Shown here: in pieces, positions 12,467 through 24,753 of the stretch
Layout: the number at the start of each line of letters is the position of its first letter
How positions within the stretch are numbered: the first letter of the stretch is position 1
Source: Phallusia mammillata
Taxonomy: Eukaryota
Length of the DNA stretch: 64,000 nt
Assembly: GCA_965637545.1 (NCBI GenBank)
Contig: OZ281495.1
Span: 7,316,001-7,380,000, forward strand
Direction: 5' to 3'
Notes under the pieces: generated by a model
What the model was told of the DNA's origin: nothing
What the model saw: only the letters and a program-made list of their open reading frames with translations
Database searches by the model: none
Translations under genes and position numbers: made by a program

Positions 12467-13000
12467 CTAAATCGCTTTCTTCGCTAAAATATTGTTACAC
12501 ACGTCACACTTGTAAGGCCTAATGCCAGCACGAAGTATCAAGTGACTTCTTAAGGTTTCATGACGTTTATCGCAAATGTTACACCTACACCTCAAATGTT
12601 CTTTATTACTATATACCAACATATGACCTTTTGTTACAGACGTTGCATTCACAAGTTTTGTGTCAAAGAGAACCAATTCAAATGCCTTTTCAAGCTGCTT
12701 ATTTTTTAATCTGACTTTCTTTTCGCATTGCAATACAGAATGTTTCTATGCTGTTGTTGGCGAGTGACTTTTTACAAACATCAGATTTGTAATGTCAACA
12801 CAAAAGAACATGGAAACAATCAATCTTGCGTAAACTAAATAACATTCATCCTATTTTCATGACAACCAAATTGGCCCTGCAACAAAATTCTGAATCAAAC
12901 AACGGATGACTTAATATCGCATGTTTTTTTACACATGTGAATTGAAAGCTGTTTTGTGGAAAGAGCTTCCCCTTGTCCAGAATGATATGAATCGACGGTT
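12467..13000 (-). pseudogene. Highly decayed C2H2 zinc-finger pseudogene (fifth paralogue)
   Basis: ORF 12467-12733 holds degenerate fingers (CNICDKRH...SHLILRAGIRPYKCDVC); upstream boundary approximate. Confidence 0.6.
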
Positions 13001-13296
13001 GCTTTTTCTGCGATTCAAATTTGATTAAAAAGTTGCACTGACCAAAGAAAATGGTGGTTCCATAAAGTTATGGCGAAAAGTTCAAAAGCTTGTTTTGTTT
13101 GCCGTTCAGGAATTAAGCAGAAGATATTTAATCTGATTTTCTACAAAGGCAATACGTGTGTTTGCACCACGAGTGATAAAAACAACAATAATTTATGATA
13201 GAAGATTTTTTACATAATTTTAAAACATAGTAAGCGGTTGACTGCACAATTTTTTTGTCTGAAACCAATGGAAAGAAATTTAAACACAAGAGTCTT

Positions 13297-13378
13297 TTCA
13301 CGGGGTTCGAACCCAGGGCGCTCCTGGAGACGAAACCGGATCAGGGTTTTTATGTCTGACCATTCGACCAAGTTTAAT
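13297..13378 (-). repeat. tRNA-derived SINE-like repeat (partial copy)
   Basis: The reverse complement reads TTGGTCGAATGGTC...CAGACATAAAAACCCTG...GGGTTCGAACCCCGTGAAAA, the same family as 62977-63186. Confidence 0.65.
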
Positions 13379-15130
13379 ATCCTAGCCATCGCCATATCAC
13401 GTTTTGTGGCGGTGATGGTTTAGGTCTACGGTAGCACATCATAACAGCTACAGCCGTGATAGCAACTGACGCTAAAATCACAACACCAACTGTCTTTCCC
13501 TCATTCACAATTCGTTTCATAAACGTATTTTCTCTCATGTACATATCAAGTACTTTGCCTCCCACGTTCTTGTGAGGAAATGGTTGATCGGGAATAGGAA
13601 CTTGAAGAAATGGGCAAAGTGGCGCCCAACCTTCTTCCACATTGTACAGTAACAGTTGACTTGATGGGGCATGCTAAAACAATACAAAATATGTATAATA
13701 TAAAAACAGAGCGCATCTTTTATACGGCGAGTCATATTTTAGCAAAACATGACGAGACAAAAGTGTTTCTTACAGAACAACAGGCCTGTATAAGGCGTTG
13801 TACCGCATCAACTTGATATGATAGACGTTTACCTGCGGCAGACGCTCCAAGAACAGAACTTATAGGCATTCTCGTTACTAACAGAGACCGTCATAATTAA
13901 CGTATGCATCTTATAGATATTTCGAAGCACAAACTAAGTTACATGCACGTCCATTTGTTTCATGGTCACCATTTAAAAACCTCACTGTATAGCTGGGTTG
14001 TTGCTTTAGAACCAATTAAAGTCAAGAAAGACATTAGTAAAAGCTAGACGACATAGTTTTGTTAAATTCTGTTCTAACTAACATTCACAATTTACCTTCA
14101 GTACATCAGCTGTATGCTGTCGATAAATTTTACGTAGAACTGTTTCGTTGAAGTAAATGTGAGTCCAAGGCGTGAAAACTCGAGCACCATAGACCAAGTG
14201 CACTAAAAACGTTAAAAACTACTAAAATCTCATGACACCAAACACACAAAAAAAAACGATTTAATACAGCGATAAGTTTCACCAAACTTACCAAATCTGG
14301 CTGAGTGACGAAAGAATAAAATTCCACTGGGTGTTACAGTTTGCAACACTTTGAAAAAGTAATTTTGGTTGATTTCTTTTATTTGTTTTCTTGTGTTTTT
14401 CAGCCAGGCTTCTTCGTCGCGAGTTGTAAGAATAACCTGAATTAAGATTTGGAACATCAGTTATATTGCAATGTAAGATGCTAGACTGAACAATATTTAC
14501 TAATAGGCTTTTCAGTAACACATATATTGGACTAAAACTGACAATTTTTTACAATAATGTTTGCTCGAAGTTGTCCTCTTCCTCAACAGCGCACCCTGTG
14601 GCCACGCAATGCACATTTCATGTTGCACACAGTAGTCCACAGCGCACTTTAAAAAGTCTATGCCAAGAAATCTACATCAAAACCTATGGTACACACAAGG
14701 TAGTGTGTGGCCACAGTACGCACATCTAATGCTGTTCATATTTGTGCATAATACACTAAGGAAGTTTAAGCCCAGAATAACATGAACAATTACAGAGAAA
14801 AAAAGCTTGTATAAAGGTCCTGTGCCAAGACGTATTAAAATATACAGATAAATGTCAGTAAAAGACAAGCTCCCATACCTTAGCATCCGGAAACGCCTCG
14901 AGAATTTCTTTCCAAAAGTAAAAACTCGGGGCATCGACAACTGCATCCACGTCATGGTACATATTTCGAAAATCATCAACACTTCCACCTGCGGTCAGGA
15001 TTTTTTGCCATTCCGCGTAATGGTAATTGACATGCTCCAGAGCATCGTATACAGTGAATCCAAGCAGCTCTAGTGCTGCTGTCATCGACTTTGTACCAGT
15101 TTTCGAAAAACTTGCTACTATGACTTTCAT
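13374..15130 (-). CDS. Sulfotransferase family 4-like protein with C-terminal transmembrane anchor, about 266 aa, 4 exons
   Basis: Exons 15130-14879, 14436-14292, 13877-13774, 13673-13374 (801 nt, in frame, GT-AG). P-loop-like SFSKTGTKS, DAPSFYFWKEILEAFPDAKVILTTRD, EGWAPLCPFL..P..PFPHKN, hydrophobic tail VGVVILASVAITAVAVMMC. Exon 3 is least certain. Confidence 0.8.
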
Positions 15131-16859
15131 TATTTAATTTGGACCCATTCGCTTTTTGACCTCATTAGCAGTTATGGGTTTTATCACTGGTTCTTTATCA
15201 TAGCAAATATTGACTTTATTAATACAAAGTTGTTAATATGTTGCTACAGCAGACATCCAAAAACACCAATCAACATGAAGATACGATTTAAGCTTATCCA
15301 ATATTCAGACCACTGAACCGTGTCCAACAACAGCTTTTTTTCATAAATCACGTCGAGAAGCCAGTCAGCTGTTTGTATACTGCTGCACTGGTTTAACAAA
15401 CCATAAAGTGACCAACCACGCGCAAGGCTTGCCTTTTCAAACATGACATACAAAACCCAGCAAGTACGATGTGAACTTAACCAAATATTCAGACAACTTA
15501 ACAGTCTTAAACAACAGCCATTTTAACAAAACGCGTCGACAACCAGTCACAACATACAAGGCAGCATGCTTTGAACTTCAACTGAGTGAGAAAATCAATA
15601 CCTGGCACGTAACACAAACAATATAAAGGTCGTTTTCAATAACCCGACCACATATCACACACATGTGTGCAGCACAATAGCCAAACTATTATGCAAAACT
15701 TCAAAACATGACAACCCTGCACTAACATAACAATTCACACACTGGGCAGACATGAGTTAATATTTCCCTTTTTTCTTTTTTCGACACGTTTGAATAACTC
15801 CATAAAGTGTGTCGACCACGATATTGTTGTTAACTATGTTTACATTAATGTGTGTATTTTCGTGTGCAAGAGCATTTCATACAACAACAGAAATGTGTTC
15901 GTTCTCGTCATAAAAAGTTTTCTAAAGATATAACATTACCGTTTTGTTCGATGCCAAAGAAATTTTGAGTCATTTTGTTCTTGTAGAATGTTCTGCAGTC
16001 TGCACAAACATAGGGTGTTTGTTTATCATTGCGCATACTTCCTTCTGTTCATACCGTCGTTTCCGGTTCAAGTTTCAGGTAGAACACAGCCGCTTGTACC
16101 TGAGAAAAAGCATAGCAGCTCGGTTAGAGGGCGCTGTGAATTCATAAAATTGCACATTTGCCATAAAAATATTTTTTATGACTTAAAAGGAAAAAGGTTC
16201 ACTTTAAACGGAAGAATTTTGGGATATGTTTGTGAAAGAGTCTATGAACTTGATCCTTTAATTACGAATAATGAAATATACTGGGCAACGCAAAAGCTAA
16301 TGCTTTACTAAATAACTTGCTGGCGCGATTAACAAATGTACATCTATCCAAAACCCTGAAGCTTGTTGTTGAAAGACTCTCATTTCAATCTTATTATTAA
16401 GTAGCTTTTTTCATATCTTGCTTGTTTTCAAGTAAGCAGTTTCACAACATATGTTGAAACCACCTGACACAGCCATTCCGAATACAAATCCATGTAAATG
16501 AAAAAGCTGTGTTCGCACAAACTTATCTGCAATGCCTCACAGAGTGTTTTGCTGATTTCGGCAAATCCGAACAGAAAAATCTCGGTATCAAAAACGCAAC
16601 CTTGCAACTGGACGGCTTTAGATTTAGACAGTCAAGCAATGTAGCCGCACTTCAAAGCTTTCTAAAAGTCGTAAAAAGCATTGTATTTTTATTTGTTATT
16701 CGAAACAAAATGCAAAATATATTGTATGGACTGACTGCTTTTTGCAACTCATGTTAAAGTAATGTTGCTTCCATTTGACATTTTTAGTTTCGTTTCATAA
16801 CGTTTATGCTGTTTATTACGTGTGCATCAACCAAACGTTAGAAAACAAGAAAAACAAAT

Positions 16860-18682
16860 ATGCTGCTGATCAACGTCTTGCGGATCAGCTTTATTTCTTT
16901 TCTGGTGTGGCTTGTACCATGCGCTGTTGCCCAAATGCACCAAGGGTGTACTCTTACCTGTGGAAACCCCATTGACCCAGCTGAAGGTCCCGCGCGTGGA
17001 CCCCCCGGACCCCCCGGACCCCCCGGAAAGGTGGGGCCACCGGGTGATGTTCTTCAATGCAACTGCTCATCAATGCATTCAGCAACAAGAAGAATTTCAG
17101 AACTGGAGGATACAATAAGTAAGTTTTCAAGTTCAACTTAAATGAAGTAAAATAAACTAGAGTTGCTCGATTTGCTTATTGCGTGTTAATCTTGTTGACA
17201 TACAAATCAAATAAACAGTGCATGGAGCAATTCAAATGTACACAAAAGTTGCGCAACATGCTGGTAAACTAGGTTTTCTTTAAAATTTTCAATCGGTTTT
17301 AAAAGAAATTTGGAGATGAATATAGATAATTGTTTTTTACTTTGTGTAGGAAACCTGGCAAGTTTTAAACAAGCTCCAAATCCGTTAAGATCGGATTGCA
17401 GAAGCTGCAAAGACATAAAGCTTGCGGATCCAAGTTCCAGCGATGGGGTTTACGAGTTACGAAGTGAGAGTGGCTACAAGTACCAGGTGTACTGCGACAT
17501 GCAAACTGAAGGTGGTGGTTGGACTCTAGTAGCCTCCGTCCATGAAAACAACATGAGAGAGGGTGGGGGAAGATGCACTAGAGGAGATCGCTGGTCGACC
17601 GAGCAGGGCTGGAAAAAGAAGGGTAACCACGGCGACGGGAATTGGGAGAACTGGAACACCTTTGGCCACTTCGCTTCGGCAACCAGTGATGATTACAAGA
17701 GTCCAGCCTACTTCGAGTTACAAGCGGAAAATCTGATGATTTGGCATACGCCTAATGGTACCCCATTAGTGCAGTATAACACATCGTCGTATCTTAAATA
17801 CCGAACGACAAATGGATTTCTATCTCAGTATGGGGGCAACCTACGGAGTCTGTACGCTGATCGTTATCCGATTGTGTCACAAACTTACAGCTATCCTGCA
17901 GACAACGGACCAAGCCCTCCTGTGGTTTTCGATCGCGGTTCTTCTGCTGAACTCTCCCAACTGCTTCCGCCTAATCTCAAAGTGCATGTTGACGTAGGAT
18001 ATATTCAGGTATTTTCAAAAAAAGTTTATTCCTAAAGTAAAGTGATAACATTTAAAATCCGTAATCATTGAAGACAGTGGTTCCAAGCGTTTTATCGTTT
18101 TTTTTATGGGGTTTAAACTGGGGAGAAAGCCGATTATATAGCATTCAGATTTGAAAGTTCAAAATAAAGGAAACCTTGATAAAACTAGGTTAATTAAGAT
18201 CTTCACCTAACTTAGATTAAACTTGGGGTACAGATAATTGGTCGTGGAGAAGTCTTTAACTAATAGACATCGGATCATCGCCTAATCCGGATAGATTTTT
18301 GGTTCGAACGGGTCCGGATCAATTGAAGTTTACTGTAACTTTTACAATCTGATCACGATCTAAAATCAGGTATCACCCAGGTTTACTACGTAATGTATGA
18401 TCTCCAAGCCTATAATTGAATAATTATTAACTACTTTATTGAAACATGCAGGTCAGGCCCATAAGCTATAATCAAAATGCTTACGCGATTTGCCCCGGAA
18501 CTCGCATGAAGTCAACCTTCGGGTATCCCTCTCAAGCTTGCCTAGGTTCGTCCGGATATACTTTTTTCGAAACCTACTGCGGAGATTTCTCTGGCCTTCT
18601 TCACGATGGAAACGTGCCAGGCGAGGGATGGAGTGCTCAAAAAAAGCTGCTTGAATCGACGTTTTTATTTTTTTACAAATAA
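16860..18682 (+). CDS. ITLN: Secreted intelectin (fibrinogen-related X-lectin) with short N-terminal collagen stalk, about 382 aa, 3 exons
   Basis: Exons 16860-17118, 17350-18008, 18452-18682 (1149 nt, in frame). Signal peptide; GPPGPPGPPGKVGPPG; RSCKDIK; YCDMQTEGGGWTLVASVHENN; GDRWS; GDGNWENWNTFG; ATSDDYKSPAY; CGDFSG; C-terminal FLFFYK. Confidence 0.92.
18290..18338. mobile_element. Possible Tc1/pogo-type MITE end in intelectin intron 2
   Basis: CCGGATCAATTGAAGTTTACTG followed by TA resembles a CAGTA..-type TIR with a TA target; no partner end found. Confidence 0.35.
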
Positions 18683-20028
18683 ATCGGTAGATTCAAGCAT
18701 AAATTCAAAACTTTATGGTCAATTTATCCGTTTTTATTTGATACACCACTCAAAACTGCAATTTCAAACGCTGACTTCGTTAAACTTTTTCTTGTAACAA
18801 CCGCATTTTTGGCTCGCAAAATCGTTTTGTGAATAATAATTTTTAAAAAATGACAATACCAAATTACTTTAATCGTGTCCTGCCAAAGTTTTGCTCGCAA
18901 GTTCTAAATAACTTGTTTTATCGTGTTGTAAATATGTGCTGTTTGTTTTACATAATTTTATTACAACCCTTTACCGAAAATTCGCCCATTCGCATGTTTA
19001 AATGACATATTTTTAAGCATCTATGTGGGTTTGCTATACATGAAATGGTGTACTATAATTTTTAAACGATTTACAAATAAAAAAAATAGTTTCCGTCCAA
19101 AATTGTCTCCTTTTTATGAACAGTTCGTGGTTTCCGCCTTGCAATGGAACAACATAGCAAAATTTAGTGGTCTAAGAACCCTTTCAATACATTTGGTTAA
19201 GAATCACACCTGCGACAATATTTTTTGGTCTAGTATTGTGGGGTAGGTAGGCCTGCCTACATACTGTATGAGCGAAAGATGGGCAATTTAAGAACACCTA
19301 GCATTTTGTATGCTTTAAAAAGAAAACAAATTTCAAAGAACTTGCGACGTGGGTTCTTGAAAACCTTTCACGAAATCACGAAAACGTTTCACAGACCCAT
19401 TTGAATCACGGGTTCGGGCTGTGAAACAGTGGGCCGAACTATAAAACCTAACCAAGATATAATGTGTCTAATGAGGTTGGCAGCAAAATATGTTGAGTTA
19501 TTCCGAGAATAGGCCCCTACATATATGTAGGCTGTTGTAATATCAATAAAAACATGCAGCTTATAGTGACTTAATTGTATGTCCATGCTTGCACTGTACT
19601 CCGTAGACTGCAATCATCTGAGCATTTTAGCAAAGCAAGACATTGGAAACTTGCTATGCAGAGTTGACAAAAAATCAATAAAAAATAGACAAAAAACACT
19701 GCTAACAGAAAAAATACTGTTTAAATAAATGGAAAGTCACCCCAATGGGCATTCGTGTGAAAAGCAGTTACTTAACGTTTACATTATAAGCACATCGTGT
19801 ACAACATAAAAATGCAATGTACACTGTACGATGTACGTACGAGATTACAAACAAATGCATTTACCCTGTAATCACGGTTACCTAACCGTCTGCTCAACCA
19901 TAAAGAGGACCACACGAAGATACCAAATATCACAACAACGATAATTCTGTAAACTTTGATATAACTATAAAATACTCTTTAACAGCAGCAGGGATATAAA
20001 ACCAAAAACTCTTGGGGCCACTTTATTT

Positions 20029-23000
20029 TCACACTGGTCGGTTGCTGTTGACATGGATGCGCCTCACTCGGTGTGAACGTGACGACTCATCTAAATCGTC
20101 ATCGCTCTGGCAATGGTGTGTGATTCGGGTGTTGTCGGAGTTGTTCTCTGTGTGTGCTATGATAAGGCCTGGACTTGGACGGTCGGGTTCAAATAATAAA
20201 ACATTTAAGGTTTCTTCGTATATACGCGCCTCAGGAAAATCAACCTGGTAACAGTAAATAGTTATTTGAAAATCACGCAACCTTGGACTAACATAACCAC
20301 AACGACTTATACATCCACAAAACAACAAAGAAATACTGGTATCCAACATGAATTCAAGCATTAAATTTTTTTGTGCTGTTCTTTTTGTTTGGTATCCAAC
20401 ATTACAACAATAATAAATGCGGCCGTATACAGTGATGATACGAATCAAACTGTCTGCTAATGTATAAAGAATCAAAGAGCGAAAAATCAAATTTCTTTCC
20501 ATGCAGCAGCAAAACTGTGTATCAGAAAATGCATCGATATTAATTATACACGAAGATACGACAATATACACGAAGATATGATAAATTCTGTAAAACTGTG
20601 CAGAAATACAACATACTAAACCATTATCCATTATGCTACTTTTTCCAAAAAAAAAATGTTTTGTATGTTTTAGCAAACTTTCCAACACAATCTTCCACAA
20701 ATTGTGCTACTACTACTATTTTTTTTTTTTAGGACTCGATTTAACCTGTGTAAAAGAAAACACATTACCTTTGTTTGTTTCTTTTCTGTCGCATAAACAA
20801 TGGAGGTGCAGCAAATTTCAGCTACTTTTCGATGATTTCCATAATATGACCATTCACAAATGTCATCACCAATAATGTTTTTCATGAACAAAATACGACC
20901 ATTGAAACGCAGCGACAGCTTATCAAACAATTCCAGGTTTTTCAACATGTTATCATCAGATGAACTGCAAAAACAAACAACTATAAACTATGTGGTGAAA
21001 TCATTTCTGGATCTAAGGATTTAAAACAGGAAGCACAATTGCCCTGTCAGCAAGAAGTTTTAGATTAACTTAAGGCCCTACAGTGAAAAAAGTTGTATGC
21101 TTAGAGTAGTGATTCTCAACCTTGGCTCTCAGGGTTATATGTATCTCTCAACTACTTATTTTGTGGCTCGCACCAGACCTCAGAAAACCACGAAAGATTG
21201 CTATTTTTTGATTTCAAGGTAATCATCTTTAGTGATTTTCTGGGATCTTGTTTTTTTGTGGCTCCTAACACACTTAAAAAACTACCATTTGGACCAACAA
21301 TAAAAAAGATGAGAACCACTGGCTTAGAGTTTTAGACAATAAGGTATCTATTTATTCAGCATTCATTGTTTCACAAACCCACAATGCATATTCAATTTTT
21401 GCATCTTTTACACCTATTGTTGGCTAAATTGAACCAATGAGCACTGCCTCACAATTAGTATGCTGTATTACTTTGTGTATGAATATTTGTTGTTTCCACG
21501 GTTGTACATGAACTTGACAATAGGTCGCCTTGTGTTTCGAACCAATTCTTGTTCCTCCTTGAGGCATGTAATGATTGGAACCCGACAAATAGGATCAATT
21601 TCATCACTTTTTCTTTCCAATGCTGATTCACATTGCAGAACCAAACCTACAAGTACATACTTTCATTAGTGGATTTCTGCAAATGCCTCACCATACACTT
21701 TTGTTTTGAATTTTTTGAACGTGGGTATGTTTATTAAAATTACTGTTGCAGATTTAAAAGGTAAATGGGCACATTCCAACTCATAGGAATTTTCTCTTAC
21801 TCCATTGATTTCTTAGACTAAAACTACTAAACCAAACCAAGAGGGTAAGTAAATGACTTTTGACAAATTAGCAAAAAATGTTAAACATAGTTAAAAAGTG
21901 TAAATGCCCTTGATTTATAATGACATTAAGCTTGTTAAGTAACCTGCCATGTTCATGGAAAAAAATATAAGTTATTGTTACCTTGAATTAGATAATACTT
22001 GGCCTCAGCAAGAAGCTCAGCTATTTCATATCGATTATCTGGCAGGAAAATGGAGCCATCTCTAAGGTAATTGAGTATTGCACTGAAGTGTTTTCCACAT
22101 CGATCGATAAGTATCCAGCCTTAAAAGCAATGCCACAAGTTTATTCGTCGACAGAACTTTACTGCCCAGCAATTCACCATGAAACTAGCACCAAAACTTG
22201 TATTCAAAATCAGGCTAAAAACTAGAGTAATGTATGATAGTGTTGGTGGCCAATAACATGCCTGGTTGTAAATCGTACATAGTTACTGTTGACATAAAAT
22301 TGACACTGATTGATCAATTTTGCCCTTTAGGTGTACACTTTCTTGTGGCAAAATTGATGAATATCAAAATTGCTGCTGATCACTTTGTTATTAACAAGAA
22401 TCAAACATATCCTTATCCAAATTTCTGCAAAATTATCACATTCTACCTTCACTGTCAGATAGGACAACCATTCTTCCGCTGAACATGGCTCTCAGCATGT
22501 TATCTTCCTTGGTCAGTGTCCCCATAGTTGTGTAGTGAAGCGACCCACCAACATTTAGTTTCACATACTTGTTTGAGCTTATAGCTGCTGCTACAGCACT
22601 TTCTGTTCGAACAACATTTAGTTTTTTTAACAATTGATTAGTCCAATTTTTTTACTGTGGCACGTTACATTATACTAAGACAAAAAAACAAAAGGTAGTT
22701 ATAAAAGTTAGTAATAGTGACCAATAATCATACTTTTATACAAAAACAAGATTACCATTATTCATTTATATCTATAGATTCTGAACTTGAATATCGTGCT
22801 GCACACCTATAATGATTCATTAAGACATAAAAGTAACACTATAATTTAATCTCAGATACCCCTTATGGGCTTAATATTCTTATACAGTTTGAGGGTGGTA
22901 CTAAACACCATATGGTATGCCATGTTAACACTTGTAGGGGTATTAAGCCCAAATAGGTATCTGTGATTGAATTATAATTTTATTTTTAATGCAAACCCAC

Positions 23001-23352
23001 ACCCCGACCCTAATAGCCCTAACCATCAACATCTACATTATGTTTTTAGTAGATTGCCTATAAATTGTGTATTTTAGGGTAGACCCATATCTGGACTTTT
23101 TGTCCATTATACACATACTACCAAAAGTATTGAAACTAGGCTACCTGCTGCTTTGTTTGGTGATAAACTGTGTTCGACAAAATTTTTGTCAAGAGCATTT
23201 GAAGTGACTGCAGTTGCAGAGGTGCATGCAATGTGATGAACGGTGTTAGCAGGTGGAGGCAGTGCTGCAGTTGATTCTTTCACCAAGTTTACGGAGGCAT
23301 TGGGTACATTGGCTGGATAGGTAGTGATTGATGGCGATTCATGTGAAGCCAT
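20029..23352 (-). CDS. KCTD10: BTB/POZ domain protein of the KCTD10/KCTD13/TNFAIP1 (BACURD) family, about 362 aa, 6 exons
   Basis: Exons 23352-23145, 22602-22447, 22119-21982, 21646-21472, 20964-20769, 20244-20029 (1089 nt, phases consistent). [76 protein letters not shown]. Confidence 0.93.
21107..21321. mobile_element. hAT (Charlie/Buster-type) MITE in a KCTD10 intron
   Basis: TIRs TAGTGATTCTCAAC / GATGAGAACCACTG; perfect 8-bp TSD GCTTAGAG. Confidence 0.85.
22848..22968. repeat. Imperfect inverted repeat / mini-MITE in a KCTD10 intron
   Basis: AATCTCAGATACC...GGGCTTAATA pairs with TATTAAGCCC...GGTATCTGTGATT. Confidence 0.6.
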
Positions 23353-24753
23353 ATCTCATGTGACCAAACAATCACAAATCAATATTAGTCTAAATTGAAA
23401 CCAACTATTTATCATGAACAAAATCACCAACAAAGCAATAATAATAATAAATATAAAGGTTATATTCCTGACAACTTTAAGAAACATTAAGCAAATAACA
23501 AAATAAACAAGTTTATTCACAAACACAATAAGACTATATTGTTTACATAGTTCAAAAATGGGATGAACTTTTAATATTTGCTGCTACAAAAACAGGACAG
23601 TCTAATTTCTAGTTTAGCACTTGCATTGACTTGGTAAATTCGCTAAGGTTTGATAGAACTCTTATCGCCTGTAAATAGGGCTAAGTTTGAATTGTTTGAT
23701 GTATTGCACAATAACATTGCTGACATGTGACAGTAAACACTGTGATAAGCCTCTTTTTATCGTAGCATTTTAAAGAATTTAACAAAACAAAAGTTAAATG
23801 AACTTTCGCATTGTTTTGTCATCATTCAATGTTTACCATTGAAAAACAAACAACACTGCGACCATGAACTTTTTTATAGGCTGTTTCTGTATTTGTAGGC
23901 GCAAATACAAAAACATATAACCTTTCTGATAATACATCTAACGCAAAAATGCTTCACTTTTATCAGGAATATTAACACAAACCCAAAAAGCGCTGAAGAC
24001 TCGGACTGTACATTTTGACACAGCACTATAGATATCATACAAAAATTTTGTGCCAAGAATAGTAACATTTTTGGGAGATTAAACCAAAGATACTACATAC
24101 ACGTAGTATCTGTGATTAAACGGAAACAACAAAACTAAAACAAGTGTGTTTAGTAAAGAAAATCAATTTCTCGTGAATTGGGTATAATTTTTGAAAATAT
24201 TTGTTTCAATTCAAATTTGTTGGCCTTGGTCCAATTTTGTTCTACGCCACGTTACAGTGTAGTGACTTACTGGTGCTTTTCATTGTTACTTGCTTTTATT
24301 TTTTAGGACCATTGCCACAGGAAAACTTATTTGTAAGTACGCAAACAAAACGTATTTTTTGTACAGTCACACTTGTTTGCCTATCACCAAGCGCAGTAAA
24401 CTAAACTAAACGGTTTGCAAATATTTAAAATTAAAGGAAAACCTAAAACACAACATTCAGAAATTTAACAGCAAAATACTATTTATGGGGATATTTCAAT
24501 TGAAAGATAAAAAGGGCATATCAGGTTATTTGACGTACCAAACTCCAAAGGATATATTTTAGCTTCACGGTTGTGAACATGTTTGCACGTTGAATGTGTC
24601 GCCCTGTTGACACTAACTCTCAGGTGACAGTTCCCAACCAGGAACAAAAGGCGCCCGGTTTATTCAAGCCAGTTAAAGGTTTACCAAGTAATGAACGAAA
24701 CAAATGAGTTCTGAGTTACTGTAGCCGCTATACGTACTGTACCATCTCACAAA

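Noticed and set aside
20245-20700. Upstream part of the 223-aa ORF 20029-20700
   Set aside because: Open intron sequence; only 20244-20029 matches KCTD10 after a proper acceptor.
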